Assembly: GCA_020184695.1 (NCBI GenBank) | Contig: JAANOX010000218.1 | Coordinates: 62,001-126,000 of the forward strand | Direction: 5' to 3' | Origin: Histomonas meleagridis 2922-C6/04-290x | Lineage: Eukaryota > Protista > Parabasalia | DNA length: 64,000 bases | Shown here: piece after piece, positions 49,820 through 61,330 of the stretch | How the letters are laid out: the number at the start of each line of letters is the position of its first letter | How positions within the stretch are numbered: position 1 is the first letter of the stretch | Position numbers and translations under genes: made by a program | The notes under the pieces: model-generated | What the model saw: the letters and a program-made list of their open reading frames with translations, nothing else | Told to the model about the DNA's origin: nothing | Databases searched by the model: none

Positions 49820-52800
49820 CTAGCTCATTAAATCATCTTCATCATATTCTTTAGTTTGTTTTAATTTTTCATTTAATAATATTAATCCTTCCGGCGAAGG
49901 CTTTGCTTCTAATCTCAATTTCAAAACCCTTAAAATGATTTCCTTTAATTTAATTGTATCCCAACTTAATTCGATGCTTACGAACAATTTATAAAGGATC
50001 GAAACGAAAGTTTTTGTTTGCAACGAACCGAATCTTAATTGATCGAACAAACATTCGATTACTAACACGGCGAAGTTGAAAGTACAGCAACAATTTAACA
50101 TATTCACAATTATATTCCACAAATGATATTTCACGATATTATTCTCATCGATTTCATTTGTAATTTGTAAAGAACAAAATACAAATAAAATCATTTTCCC
50201 TACTTCAAATAAGAACTCACAATCATTTTTACCGGAGAACATTAACATTTTCATTTTCTCATTTAAGAATTGTAATCCGAAGTTATTTGAGAACAAGTTT
50301 TGATATTCATTTCTATTATTAATGAAAGTAGAGAATATCAAATTAAAGTTATCATTTGGCTTACAATTTAATATAATATTTCGAATTCTTCTAAAATTTA
50401 AAGGTATTAAACTTATAAAATCGAAATAATAACCACAAATTAATTTCGGAGAATCATGTATCATTATTAATGTAATCTTTAAAATCGATTTATATATTTT
50501 TCGATATTGTAAAATATTTCCCCAATTTTTAGGGAATTGTTTTAATATCATTAATAAAGAACAAAATAATCGAGAAGTCGGATAACGCTTATCATTATCA
50601 TATATTAATGATTGCATTATTAATGGAAACAAATATAACCACGAGCCAATGAATATTTGATGTTTCTCGGGTCGAGTATCATTTAAATATCCGCCTAATA
50701 AATTCGAAAAATCATTTGAGTAATTACGGAATTGTAATACAATGTTCGACATTATTAATGAAAAAAAATCAATTGATATTTGGAATGTATTCGTTAAGTT
50801 ATACATAGCACGTAAAAACATTTGGAAGACTTGAATAGGCACTGAAGAAAGATGTACTGAACAATAAAATATTTTCAATAATAAGTTCCGTTCATTCGGA
50901 AATGTAGTTAAGATTAAATTACGCCAAATTGTTTCTTGTTTTAGATATTGTTCATTCCGTGTAATGAATTCTGTTAATGAACTAATATCATCTTTATTTT
51001 TATTGAAATTATTGATAAATGTTTTACTTTCAGTATCAATCTTTTGTGGAATTGTTAACATAGGTTCATTATTAGGATATGTTCTCCATGTATATATTAA
51101 TTGTTCACTTCCAGGCTTAAATCGTAAACAATTAATAAATGTTAATAATCGTTCAACTGAATTCGGATATAATAAATGATGTACACATATTAACTCATGT
51201 AACAAATGTATTAATGGTAAAAAATCAATGTCTTCTATGTTAAGATTTGTAGAATCAATAAATTCCATTAAAATAGGCTCTAATAATTTAATGTTGATAA
51301 AGTCCATTTTAATCATTTCACAAAATAATGATAAATGTGGCATTCGATTATTAATAATTGTATAAAGTTTCGCTTGGAAAAGTGGTTTTTGTTCAATTGT
51401 TACATTCACCAAATTTAATAATTCAATTCCATATTTAGTTTTATCACTTGAAAGAGTTATAGGGAAACAATATATTAATGTTGATATTAAATTAATAGGA
51501 TTATAATTTTGTAATGTAATATTAACTTTAATCTTTTGTAAGTCATTAATATTACCATTAATTAAACTTAGAATTGAAGTAGTTAATTCAGGTATTATAG
51601 GTAAATCAATTTGTTTTATTGGTATACTTAAAGGATTAAGTGAAAACTCTAAATAAGTTCGTTTAATATCAGAATGAACATTAAAACATTCATAAATTCC
51701 AGTGGATACAATTGAATAATTATTAAATTTTCGTGTATAAACAGACGTTTTAACTTGATAAGGCCATAATTCTTCTGGTATTTTAATAGCTATCGATGGA
51801 GGAAATGATTTAACATCCCAAAATTGTTCGGTTTCATTACGTAACTTTAATGTTGGCTTTAATTTTTCATCTAAAATTTTAGTTCCAATGATAAATGAAA
51901 GTTGACGTATTAATAAATCAATCCATTTTTGATTTAATAATAATAATTCTTTTTTTATTAAATGTAATTCATCAAATGTTTTATCATAATTATCAATAAA
52001 TTGTGTTAATGACATCATTGATAATGCATTAATTAATTGATGATATAATGAATATGAATGTCTACGTATAGATTCAGAATCATTACTTCTTGAAAAATCT
52101 TTTAATACTAAATTTAATGTTGTATTTATAGCGTTTTGTGAAATAGATTTAATTTTTTTATATATAAAATTAACAATTTCACAGATAACTTTCGATCGAA
52201 TTATTTGAGTTTGAGTATTATCAATGAAATATTTATTTATTATATTAAATATCATTGATATATTTATATCAAATATTTTGTTTTGTAATTGTTTAGATAT
52301 AAAATTAATTGGTGGATATTTAAAATCATTATTAAAATATTGTTGATCATTTTTAAGTGGTAAAAGTGGATAAGGTTCAATATCATTAGGCTTAACTTTA
52401 AAATGATTAAATATCGAAATAATCATATAATAAATAGAAGATCTTAAATAAGGAATACGAGTAAAAGATGATAATATCGATAAAATTGAAACTATCCAAG
52501 GATTTGGTGGCATAAAAACATTTGAACATTGAATTAATAATGAATGAACAAATGGAATTATATAAGAAATTAATGAATGTGTATAACTATATAATAATAA
52601 CTTCGGTATATCCAAATTATATGAATAAATTGGTATCGAATTAGATACTGTTTGTTGTCCTAACCATTTACCTAATCGAACCAAATTACATCGTGATGAA
52701 ATAGTACGAATTGTTGATGATGTAATGATTTCATATACTAAATATAATGCTGCTTCAATACAAATTTTTAAAAATTTAGGTTGTAATGGTATTGTTAATT

Positions 52801-55045
52801 TTGTTGGTGTATTCATCTCTGTTTTAATAAAGAATAAAGCATATTTATCATAATTTTGTGAATTCATTTTACCAATTTCTTTATATATGTTTTCATTTGA
52901 TATTTTAACATATTTAAATCGTTTTAATCGTGGATGTAATTCTAATTCATTAATTTCTTGGGTAGGAATAACAAAATTATTAATATCATTTTCATTATTT
53001 TTAAATGTTTCGATTATAGATGTATAAACTTTTGGTAAAAATTTCTTTAATTGTACATTAGTTTGAAGTTGTTTAGCAAATGGTATATATAAATAAAAAT
53101 GATTTTGTAATTCTGATAATGCTGAAGTAGCAAAGATAAAACCATTTGAGTTTTCTCGCATTGATAAACCTTTATCAATCATAGCTAAAGCAGTAGAAGT
53201 ATCACTCATATTTAATAAATCATGTGATAATAAGATGCCACAAGTTTTCCCGTTATTCTTTGCAATGTTTTTATCTTTAGGAAATTCGGATAAAATCGAT
53301 TGTACATATAAATCATATTTACCAACACTTTTAATGTTCGGTGTTATTGCTAATTTTAAATATTCGATTTCTGTTGTTGGCGTTGAAGGTTTCTTCGTTG
53401 GTTGTGGAATATTAACTCTCCATTCGAATGTATATTGTAATAATTTTGGTGTTCTTAAAATACATTTATCAAATAATGTTTTAATATGTTGTTGTTCATT
53501 CGAGTCCAAACTTTTAAAGATTTCATTTAGAAATGAAAAAAATAAATAATCCGCTGAACATGTTTGTTCATTAGATATTTTACGTTCGGATTTCATTGGT
53601 ACATATAACCCGAATTCAATTGGATTCTCAAATACATTAAAACATATTTTTAATGTTTCTTTATCTTTTTGATAAAACTCTTTTAACATTGGACTAAAGT
53701 TAAAATTACGTCTAAAAAATGCAGATATTATTAATAAAATCTTTAAGTTTAATGGAGCTAATTCCATAAATTCATCAAATATTGATAAATCATCAACTAA
53801 ATCGATGAAATAACCTAATAATGAATGTTGTTCTTCATTAAGATTTGAAATTAAATCAACAAAAAATTGTTTGTTGGCCGCCCATATAGCGGAAAAACCA
53901 GCCATATATTGCGTGGATGAATTAAATAATAATTTGGTTAAATGTGTTGCAAATTTGGATACTTTTCCTTTTTGGGATAAGACTAAAAGTAAAAACGCTG
54001 GACCTTTTTCAATATATCCTTTAAGAATTGAATCAACTCCACTTGGAAATGATTCATATAAATATGCTAATGTTTCTATAAAATCTACATGACGCCAATG
54101 ATCAGCTTTAAAGTCACCAATTGTAACAGAACTAACACGTGGAATTTGGGGTGGCCTGGGGAACGTTAAGGGAAATGAACTTGATCCTGCAATATGTGAT
54201 ATTAAATTTAATTGTGCTAATGGATGTGACCATTTGCCTAAAAATGGTGCTAATGGTAAGTTCTTGACATTAAGAATTTCTTTAACACATGTAAGAAATA
54301 CTTGGAATGAATTTTGTGATTTGATGCTAAATGAATTTCGATCAAATGCTTTGATAAGTTGATCTGTTGAAACTTTAGTGGATTGGAATGGTCTAAGAAG
54401 TTGTGAAATTACTTTTTTATCACATGAACCGATAATACTATACATTGGTGATTGATCAGAAACTAAATTGGTAATAAAATCGGCAATATCTGACACTGAA
54501 AATGGTCGAAATTGTTCAATGAATTGTATTGATTTTGATAAGTTTGCATTAACTTGAGCATTTTCATTAAAAACATCTGAAAGTGAAACAAATGGTGGTT
54601 TAATTGTAAGTTTTTGACAATTTATTTGTTGGGGAATAAGATATTCTTTAGCTCTTGAAGAAATTACTGAATTAATAGATTTTGAAAATACTTCTGCAAC
54701 TTTTGATTGAAGTTCAATCGGTAAAAGCTCAAAAAAATTATCTGGTAATTCTTCAATAAGATTTGGTAAGCGAGATAAATGTGGAGTATCTATTAATTTA
54801 GCTAAAATTTTATTTGTTGTTTCACTTTTTTTTGGATATTTTGATATTAAGAAAATTAAAAGGTCAATAACTTGTGTCGAACCGAAAGATGATAAATATA
54901 TTGGTGAAGTAATAAAATCAATTGCATCATCAAGATTTGAAGAATTTTCTCTACATGATTTAATAAAATTTATAAAACCATTTCCAATTGTTTGAGATGC
55001 TATTGGAACATTGCTACTTGTTTGGGTTTGAGATATTAAGTTCAT
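49820..55045 (-). CDS. NOT1: CCR4-NOT scaffold subunit NOT1
   Basis: LGKWLG..PI...LD.PKLL..Y..PFV....FMPPNPW and C-terminal LIMIHDSP..ICGYY..IP....RNIIL match NOT1; ATG at 55045. Confidence 0.85.
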   Translation of the reverse strand: MNLISQTQTSSNVPIASQTIGNGFINFIKSCRENSSNLDDAIDFITSPIYLSSFGSTQVIDLLIFLISKYPKKSETTNKILAKLIDTPHLSRLPNLIEELPDNFFELLPIELQSKVAEVFSKSINSVISSRAKEYLIPQQINCQKLTIKPPFVSLSDVFNENAQVNANLSKSIQFIEQFRPFSVSDIADFITNLVSDQSPMYSIIGSCDKKVISQLLRPFQSTKVSTDQLIKAFDRNSFSIKSQNSFQVFLTCVKEILNVKNLPLAPFLGKWSHPLAQLNLISHIAGSSSFPLTFPRPPQIPRVSSVTIGDFKADHWRHVDFIETLAYLYESFPSGVDSILKGYIEKGPAFLLLVLSQKGKVSKFATHLTKLLFNSSTQYMAGFSAIWAANKQFFVDLISNLNEEQHSLLGYFIDLVDDLSIFDEFMELAPLNLKILLIISAFFRRNFNFSPMLKEFYQKDKETLKICFNVFENPIEFGLYVPMKSERKISNEQTCSADYLFFSFLNEIFKSLDSNEQQHIKTLFDKCILRTPKLLQYTFEWRVNIPQPTKKPSTPTTEIEYLKLAITPNIKSVGKYDLYVQSILSEFPKDKNIAKNNGKTCGILLSHDLLNMSDTSTALAMIDKGLSMRENSNGFIFATSALSELQNHFYLYIPFAKQLQTNVQLKKFLPKVYTSIIETFKNNENDINNFVIPTQEINELELHPRLKRFKYVKISNENIYKEIGKMNSQNYDKYALFFIKTEMNTPTKLTIPLQPKFLKICIEAALYLVYEIITSSTIRTISSRCNLVRLGKWLGQQTVSNSIPIYSYNLDIPKLLLYSYTHSLISYIIPFVHSLLIQCSNVFMPPNPWIVSILSILSSFTRIPYLRSSIYYMIISIFNHFKVKPNDIEPYPLLPLKNDQQYFNNDFKYPPINFISKQLQNKIFDINISMIFNIINKYFIDNTQTQIIRSKVICEIVNFIYKKIKSISQNAINTTLNLVLKDFSRSNDSESIRRHSYSLYHQLINALSMMSLTQFIDNYDKTFDELHLIKKELLLLNQKWIDLLIRQLSFIIGTKILDEKLKPTLKLRNETEQFWDVKSFPPSIAIKIPEELWPYQVKTSVYTRKFNNYSIVSTGIYECFNVHSDIKRTYLEFSLNPLSIPIKQIDLPIIPELTTSILSLINGNINDLQKIKVNITLQNYNPINLISTLIYCFPITLSSDKTKYGIELLNLVNVTIEQKPLFQAKLYTIINNRMPHLSLFCEMIKMDFINIKLLEPILMEFIDSTNLNIEDIDFLPLIHLLHELICVHHLLYPNSVERLLTFINCLRFKPGSEQLIYTWRTYPNNEPMLTIPQKIDTESKTFINNFNKNKDDISSLTEFITRNEQYLKQETIWRNLILTTFPNERNLLLKIFYCSVHLSSVPIQVFQMFLRAMYNLTNTFQISIDFFSLIMSNIVLQFRNYSNDFSNLLGGYLNDTRPEKHQIFIGSWLYLFPLIMQSLIYDNDKRYPTSRLFCSLLMILKQFPKNWGNILQYRKIYKSILKITLIMIHDSPKLICGYYFDFISLIPLNFRRIRNIILNCKPNDNFNLIFSTFINNRNEYQNLFSNNFGLQFLNEKMKMLMFSGKNDCEFLFEVGKMILFVFCSLQITNEIDENNIVKYHLWNIIVNMLNCCCTFNFAVLVIECLFDQLRFGSLQTKTFVSILYKLFVSIELSWDTIKLKEIILRVLKLRLEAKPSPEGLILLNEKLKQTKEYDEDDLMS

Positions 55046-55213
55046 TTTTTGGAGTTTGAATAAGTTCGTTAAGACAAGGAGGCTGTAGTTTGTCAAAACT
55101 ATTTCCTTACAAATTCATAGGCATTTGATTTGGTCGTCATATATATTTTCACACAATTTTATTGACATCTTACCTAACCGATAAATCAAGTGAAAAATTT
55201 CGGTTTTGGCTCT

Positions 55214-55218
55214 CCTTT
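55214..55218 (+). promoter_or_regulatory. M5-type core promoter motif (CCTTT)
   Basis: CCTTT ends 5 nt before the RPS24 ATG, the same arrangement as at RPL10A. Confidence 0.6.
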
Positions 55219-55223
55219 TACTC

Positions 55224-55646
55224 ATGTCGAAAGTTACAATGAGAATCAGGAAGTATATTGTTAATAAACTTCTTGATCGTAAACAATTTGTTGTTGATCT
55301 TAAGCACCCAGGCGCTAGAGCACCAACACGCGATGAAATCAAAGATTTAGTTGCTAAACAATTAAAGGCTAACAAAGATCTCATCGTTATTTTCTCACTC
55401 GAAACAAAGTTCGGAGGTGGTCGCACAACAGGTTTTGGACTTATCTATGATAATCTTGATGCTCTTAAAACAATCGAACCTAAGCATCGTCTTATCAAAG
55501 CTGGCCTTGCTGAAAAGAGTAAGGTTACCCGTCGTATGCGTAAGAATACACGTAAGCAAAAGGTAAAGGTTTGGGGATCTGGTGTTCGTGCCCAACGCCA
55601 TAAGGTTCGCCGTCAACAACGCAAGGAAGCTCTTGAAGGTCAATAA
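55224..55646 (+). CDS. RPS24: 40S ribosomal protein S24 (eS24)
   Basis: NKLLDRKQFVVDLKHPG, FGGGRTTGFGLIYD, EPKHRL; ATG at 55224. Confidence 0.97.
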   Translation: MSKVTMRIRKYIVNKLLDRKQFVVDLKHPGARAPTRDEIKDLVAKQLKANKDLIVIFSLETKFGGGRTTGFGLIYDNLDALKTIEPKHRLIKAGLAEKSKVTRRMRKNTRKQKVKVWGSGVRAQRHKVRRQQRKEALEGQ

Positions 55647-55781
55647 ACTAATTTATTTCCAACAAAGCATTATATTTTTATACCAAACTAAAATTGTAAA
55701 CAAAAAGGAGACGTTTAATCACTTCACAAAATGAATATATAAAAAGTGGCAACATTTGAACGTTTAACAAACCAAGAAAGG

Positions 55782-57377
55782 ATGACAACGACTGAGCCAA
55801 ATGTTCCCTTACCAGATAACAATCAAATTCCTACGGAATTTAAGGAAGCTAAAGCTTTTAAAATTGAAGATAAATTCGACCAATTTCGAAAAAATGATTT
55901 TTTTATCGATTGTATTTTTCACATAGGTGGCAAAGACATCAAAGCTCATCGCGTTGTTTTAGCTAAAAGATCTGGTTACTTTAAAGAGTATTTTCAAAGT
56001 GTTCCATTCAATCCACAAAATCTAAAAGTCGATTTACCATTCATTCCACCAAAATATGACTTTGAACCAATAATCGAATTTCTTTATACTGGAGATTTAA
56101 CATTTGCAAATGACAGTTTCAATATTCTCACTCCAGATCCCATTAAAACTTATATGATTTCATGTTTCTATGATATTCCTCCACTTAAATCTATTGTACT
56201 AAATTTGATTTACAAATATTTGGATCTAGCCAAGTCCGAAGAAAAAGTTATTTACAAAGTTTTACTATCTGGCCTTAATATTTACAGTAAGTACCAAAAA
56301 TATATTTCTATTAATAACTTCAATGTTGATAAATATGTAGATCTTCTGTTAGAAGGCCAAAGTACATTTACAGAATTCATATGCACTGAACTAATTTCAA
56401 TGATTGATGATAATCCAAGAGATCTTCTTGAAAACATTTCCCCATACATGTTATATCTAATTCTTGATTACCTCAAAAACACATTACCAGAATCTAACTT
56501 TAAGACTAATCCAGACATAGTCAAATTCATCAGTGATTACTTAAGTTTCCATCCCGGTGTCACTTTTAGTCAAAAGGATTCTTCACTTTTTGAGAAGCTT
56601 ATTGATTGGGGTGACCCTAAACTTCATTTATTATTTGCACGTTATAATCTTGATTGGGTCCAACCTAGTAAATCTAGAGCATACCTTAGTAAAGTAATTA
56701 CATCCCGATGTGCTACTATTGATGCCATGCAACATCGAATCTCTACACAAGATGATATGTTTAATAATTCATGGAATATAATTTCATGGATATCAATGGT
56801 TAATGACTCTGATGGTGAGACACAACCTAAAGAAGTTGAATTGATTCATTTCATGGGAACGATTGGAGGAGTCTTAACTAAACCAATTAATCCCGTCAAA
56901 TATCAATTCATTGAACTCAATAATATGGATTACGTCAAGTTATCACCTGCTGAAACTGATAAAGATCCATTAACTACTCAGAAAATGCGTGATAGATATA
57001 ACCCAATGAATTCATTTTATCCACTTGATAAGCATCTCGATAAATATTACTTGAACGTAAATTGGACCAAAAATAATAAAGAAATGGAATTAACAATCCG
57101 AAACGCAGTGTTTAACCTCGACGCAGTACGATTGATATTATATCCAAACATTTTGCCTCCAAAAGAAATTGTTATGGAAGCTTCAATCGGATTGACACCA
57201 GTGATAAAGAGTAAGAAATTAACGAACGAAGAAATGGAGAATTTCCCTTCTAGAGTCGCCGTCATTAAACAAAAGAAAGAAAATTATGTAAACAAAGTAG
57301 ATATTAAAATGACACCTGTCGATAATAATATTACTTCTTTCGCTTTGCAAAGAATGCAATTATGGGGAAAGTTTTAA
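55782..57377 (+). CDS. BTB/POZ-domain protein
   Basis: DCIFHIGGKDIKAHRVVLAKRSGYF..FEPIIEFLYTG; ATG at 55782. Confidence 0.9.
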   Translation: MTTTEPNVPLPDNNQIPTEFKEAKAFKIEDKFDQFRKNDFFIDCIFHIGGKDIKAHRVVLAKRSGYFKEYFQSVPFNPQNLKVDLPFIPPKYDFEPIIEFLYTGDLTFANDSFNILTPDPIKTYMISCFYDIPPLKSIVLNLIYKYLDLAKSEEKVIYKVLLSGLNIYSKYQKYISINNFNVDKYVDLLLEGQSTFTEFICTELISMIDDNPRDLLENISPYMLYLILDYLKNTLPESNFKTNPDIVKFISDYLSFHPGVTFSQKDSSLFEKLIDWGDPKLHLLFARYNLDWVQPSKSRAYLSKVITSRCATIDAMQHRISTQDDMFNNSWNIISWISMVNDSDGETQPKEVELIHFMGTIGGVLTKPINPVKYQFIELNNMDYVKLSPAETDKDPLTTQKMRDRYNPMNSFYPLDKHLDKYYLNVNWTKNNKEMELTIRNAVFNLDAVRLILYPNILPPKEIVMEASIGLTPVIKSKKLTNEEMENFPSRVAVIKQKKENYVNKVDIKMTPVDNNITSFALQRMQLWGKF

Positions 57378-57804
57378 ATAAAAAACTGAAGTAAATATTC
57401 AAAATATGTTTTTCTAAACATTCATTTGTGAAGAAATTTTAAACTTAAATTAATGTATAAGGACTAATTAATTAAGAAAATTATTGAATTCATAAAAGAG
57501 AATTTAAATGTATTTTATTGATAATTACAACTTCAATGAGATAATTATTCTGGTTCACCAAGAAATAAAAATTCAAAAATATCTGCAACTTAATATATGG
57601 ATTTAACATATAATGAAAGGGCATTCATATGAACTATGTATTAAAAATTTAAATGAAAGCTTGGTCGAAATGAAGCATTTTGCTTCTGAAAGTGGCATGT
57701 ATTGGATTGAAAAAGTGATTTTTGTATGGTTTATACAATTGTAAACGGGTTTGGCCTATAACCAAAACCGTTAGATTTTCTATCGTTGTGGTCAGTCACA
57801 TTTC

Positions 57805-59994
57805 ATGAACTCTTTCACAAACCTTGAAGTTCTAAAACTTCTGACTGAAGAACTTAGCAACTGCCTTGAAATTCCAGTTGAACAAGTTCCAACAGTTGCT
57901 CTCTCTGCTAATCCCGAAGTTGGAGATTATGCATGCAATGTTTCAAAATACTTTGCCTTCTTAAAGAAAGAAAAGAAGGCTGAAGCAGGACTCACCCCAC
58001 CCAAACTTGCAACCGAACTTGCTAAAAAGATTTCAGAGTCTTCAGCACGTAAACTCATTATCTCAGCATCCGCAGCAAACGCTTATTTAAATCTTAAAGT
58101 TGAACGCGGAGAAATATACAAACTTGCATGCAAGCGTATCTTTGAAATGGGCGAAAAATACGGTTCTTCAACTCGTGAAAAACCAATGCGTGTTATCATT
58201 GAACACACATCAGCCAATCCAAATGCCCCACTTCATATCGGTAACCTTCGTAATGTTATGATTGGAGCTCATCTTTCTCGTTTAATGAAATTCTGTGGAT
58301 GTGATGTCAAGGAATACTTCTATGTTAATGATCTTGGAGGTCAAATCGGTGTTACTGCATTAGGTTATGTCAGAATGAAGCATTTCCCAGAAGGCATGAA
58401 GATTGATCAATTAATCGGATCTGTTTATGCCGTTATGAACACCTTTAATGAAGCACAAAAGAATGGCTTCAAGCTTTCAGAATTCAACAAGATTGTTTTC
58501 AACACCAAGCCAAAGGAAGAAGATGAAAAACAAGAAGAAAGCAAAGAAGCACCGAAAGAAAAGAAAGGTCCAAAGACAGAAGCTAAGACACTTACAGCTG
58601 AAGAGCAAGAAGCCCAACTTCAAGCCAAACGTGAAGATCTCATCCAAACAGGTGCATCCTTATATACAAGGTACCCAGAAATCTACACCGAACTTGCCAA
58701 TGCATTCCGTGATGACGAAAGCGTACAAATCCTTGGTGCAGCCCTCAACAAGGCATATGAAAACCGTGACCCAGAAGCCGTTAAGATCATCAGAAAAATG
58801 ACAAACGATACGTTAACCGGCCAGAAGCAAACCCTTGACACATATGGTGTACACCACGACCGTTTCGACTTTGAATCCGAGCTTTCATGGGAAGGCTTTT
58901 CACAAGCACTTATTGATTTATTCAAGCAATCACCATTCTTCCATCCACAAACCCAATGTAATGAACAAGGAAAACCAGAAGGAGCATATCTTGACATTGA
59001 TGCATATCTTGATTCAATTCATGCCAAACGTGGAAAAGGTGGATATTCCAAGCCATATCCACGCTTTTATGTCCTTCGTCCAGATGGTACCACATTATAT
59101 ACATTACGTGATGTTGCATATTCGATGAAGAAGATTAGCGAAGCTGACATGGTCCTTAATGTTATTTGCACAGAACAAAATCTCCCACAAGAAAAGGTTA
59201 TGCTTACACTTCAAGCACTTGGAGTACCAAATCGTCCACAATTCCATATGGCATATGAACTTGTCAAACTTTCCGAAAACGGCAAAATCAAGCGTATGTC
59301 CGGACGTAAGGGATATTATATCTTAGCCGACACATTATATAATGACTTATGCAATGCAAATCGTCAAGTCATGCAAAGTCGTGAAAAGAAGCAAATCTCA
59401 GCCGATGACGAAGAGAAAGTTAATCACGTTTGCCATGTTGTTGCAAATGCCGCAATGAAGTATTCATTACTTTCAGTCTCTAATCGTCTTAAGATTAACT
59501 TTGATATTGCTGAAGCAGTTGACCCAACAGGTAATAGCGCAGCATTCATTTTGTACTCCGGCGCACGTATTGCATCAATTCTCCGTAAGTTCGATGAAGG
59601 CGTTAAGAATGGTTCACTCACTGAGTTAAAGAACGAAGAAATCAATTGGGGATTGTTAACTGATCCACAAGAGTGGGAAATCCTTACAAAGTATTTGATG
59701 CCTTTCGCTACATTGATTGAAAACGCAGCGATACCAGTGATACCGCCCGAGCCTAAGTTGCCCGAATTCGGTACACATATTGTGCCCCAATTTGCTTACC
59801 AGTTGGCAAGGATCTTCGCTTCGTATTATGGTAAGGTACAAATTTTACCGAAGAAAGACGCAGAAGGTAAATATATTGTTAACGATGAGGTCACAGCTTT
59901 ACTTAACGCAAGAATTGCTTTCTGTAAGGCTGTGTTGAGGGTATTGCATAACGCAATGTACCTTTTCATGGTGGAACCACTCGATGCCATGTAA
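57805..59994 (+). CDS. RARS: Arginyl-tRNA synthetase
   Basis: GDYA N-terminal domain; EHTSANPNAPLHIGN (HIGH); VLRPDGTTLYTLRD; RMSGRKG (KMSKS); ILYSGARIASIL DALR domain. Confidence 0.95.
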   Translation: MNSFTNLEVLKLLTEELSNCLEIPVEQVPTVALSANPEVGDYACNVSKYFAFLKKEKKAEAGLTPPKLATELAKKISESSARKLIISASAANAYLNLKVERGEIYKLACKRIFEMGEKYGSSTREKPMRVIIEHTSANPNAPLHIGNLRNVMIGAHLSRLMKFCGCDVKEYFYVNDLGGQIGVTALGYVRMKHFPEGMKIDQLIGSVYAVMNTFNEAQKNGFKLSEFNKIVFNTKPKEEDEKQEESKEAPKEKKGPKTEAKTLTAEEQEAQLQAKREDLIQTGASLYTRYPEIYTELANAFRDDESVQILGAALNKAYENRDPEAVKIIRKMTNDTLTGQKQTLDTYGVHHDRFDFESELSWEGFSQALIDLFKQSPFFHPQTQCNEQGKPEGAYLDIDAYLDSIHAKRGKGGYSKPYPRFYVLRPDGTTLYTLRDVAYSMKKISEADMVLNVICTEQNLPQEKVMLTLQALGVPNRPQFHMAYELVKLSENGKIKRMSGRKGYYILADTLYNDLCNANRQVMQSREKKQISADDEEKVNHVCHVVANAAMKYSLLSVSNRLKINFDIAEAVDPTGNSAAFILYSGARIASILRKFDEGVKNGSLTELKNEEINWGLLTDPQEWEILTKYLMPFATLIENAAIPVIPPEPKLPEFGTHIVPQFAYQLARIFASYYGKVQILPKKDAEGKYIVNDEVTALLNARIAFCKAVLRVLHNAMYLFMVEPLDAM

Positions 59995-60716
59995 AGGATA
60001 GAAAATAAAGTGGAAATGTCCAATTTATACTTTTTGATTTTTTTTGTAATGAAAAATGTTTAACAAATGTTTACAGTCCTTTCGTTATGGCGTAATATGA
60101 GCTGTAAAATTTAATGAATAAAATTTATAAATTTGACGATTGCAGTAATAATAATATTCATAAGATAGAGAAGAAAAAGTACAAATATTGCGAAATGGAA
60201 AAACTTTTAATCTAAAGAAAATATCGATATAATCGATATAATTATTCATTAATTAAAAAACGAGTCATTAAAGTAAACTTTATTTTATTGTTGGTAATAT
60301 TAAGATTCCTTTTTAGGGTGGGCTAAAATGTCCGTTTTTCTTAGCATTGTGTGCAAACGTTCTACAAATAAACATCACATTTTGGAGGTTTCAGAACAAC
60401 GATAAATATTTTGAAAACCATGAAACAATGAAGTTTATCATTTTCACTGTTTATTAATAAACTTGTCAATTTTTACGTCTACAGAAATCCTTCTCAATTC
60501 TCAATACTTTATTATGCCGAATTATTTGAACCAGTTTACTATTAGTATTGGTTTAAGCCAATGAAAATGAAATCGATAGGAGAACAATAAACAGAAATGT
60601 ATGGAATCAATTTACGAGTAATTGAGTCAAAGAGAAAGAAACAAGGTAAAAAAATGCGACACAATTCCATATAATCATTTCAAAAATAGTCACTCTTCCA
60701 TTTTAATTATTTATGA

Positions 60717-61165
60717 TTGAAAAACTCTTCCAAAACTGGAATGTTCTTTCTTGGCAAAGCACCTTGTAGGGTTGAATCATTTCGTAAGTACATGAATGAC
60801 AATCTTAATGTTGCTATGGATACGAAAATGAAATTTTATAATATGATGAACATCACCGAAAATCTTCCCTTTAAACTTAGCTATGGCCTTTCCTCTGCCG
60901 AAGTCTCTCAGTTTTGTATGATTATCTTTGTGGTAACATATTTATCAAAATAAGTGCGTTATCAATACCAAAACTTTCTGAAAAGCTTCGTCTTCCTAAT
61001 CAAATCGAATCCAATGCGCGAGAAGCACTTGCGTTTATTCTCGATCCCGAGACTCAACCTGAGACAGAATTCACACAATTCTATGCATTTATAGCAACGT
61101 TTTGGACAAGCTTCGAATTTTTGGAACACCAAAAACTTTGCACGACAATAAGTTCAAAAATCTGA
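60717..61165 (+). pseudogene. Frameshifted coding-like fragment of unknown family
   Basis: Two overlapping ORFs joined by a 1-nt shift in a T-run near 60915; coding-like sequence continues with stops toward 61450. Confidence 0.4.
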
Positions 61166-61330
61166 AATGGACATTTGAATAAAATTAGAAGTTTTTTCCG
61201 TGTTTCTGTCCTATTTTATGCTTCTTCATTCTGAAAATGTTCGAAAGATTTCAATCTATGTTCAGTTGATTGGAACACTTTTGAATACTTTTGCGGCTTT
61301 AATTTGAAAATGTATGTCTCCGTGTTTTGA

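Noticed and set aside
57676-57696. HFASESG ankyrin-like word upstream of ArgRS
   Set aside because: Too short, and no flanking ankyrin or insert sequence is recognisable.
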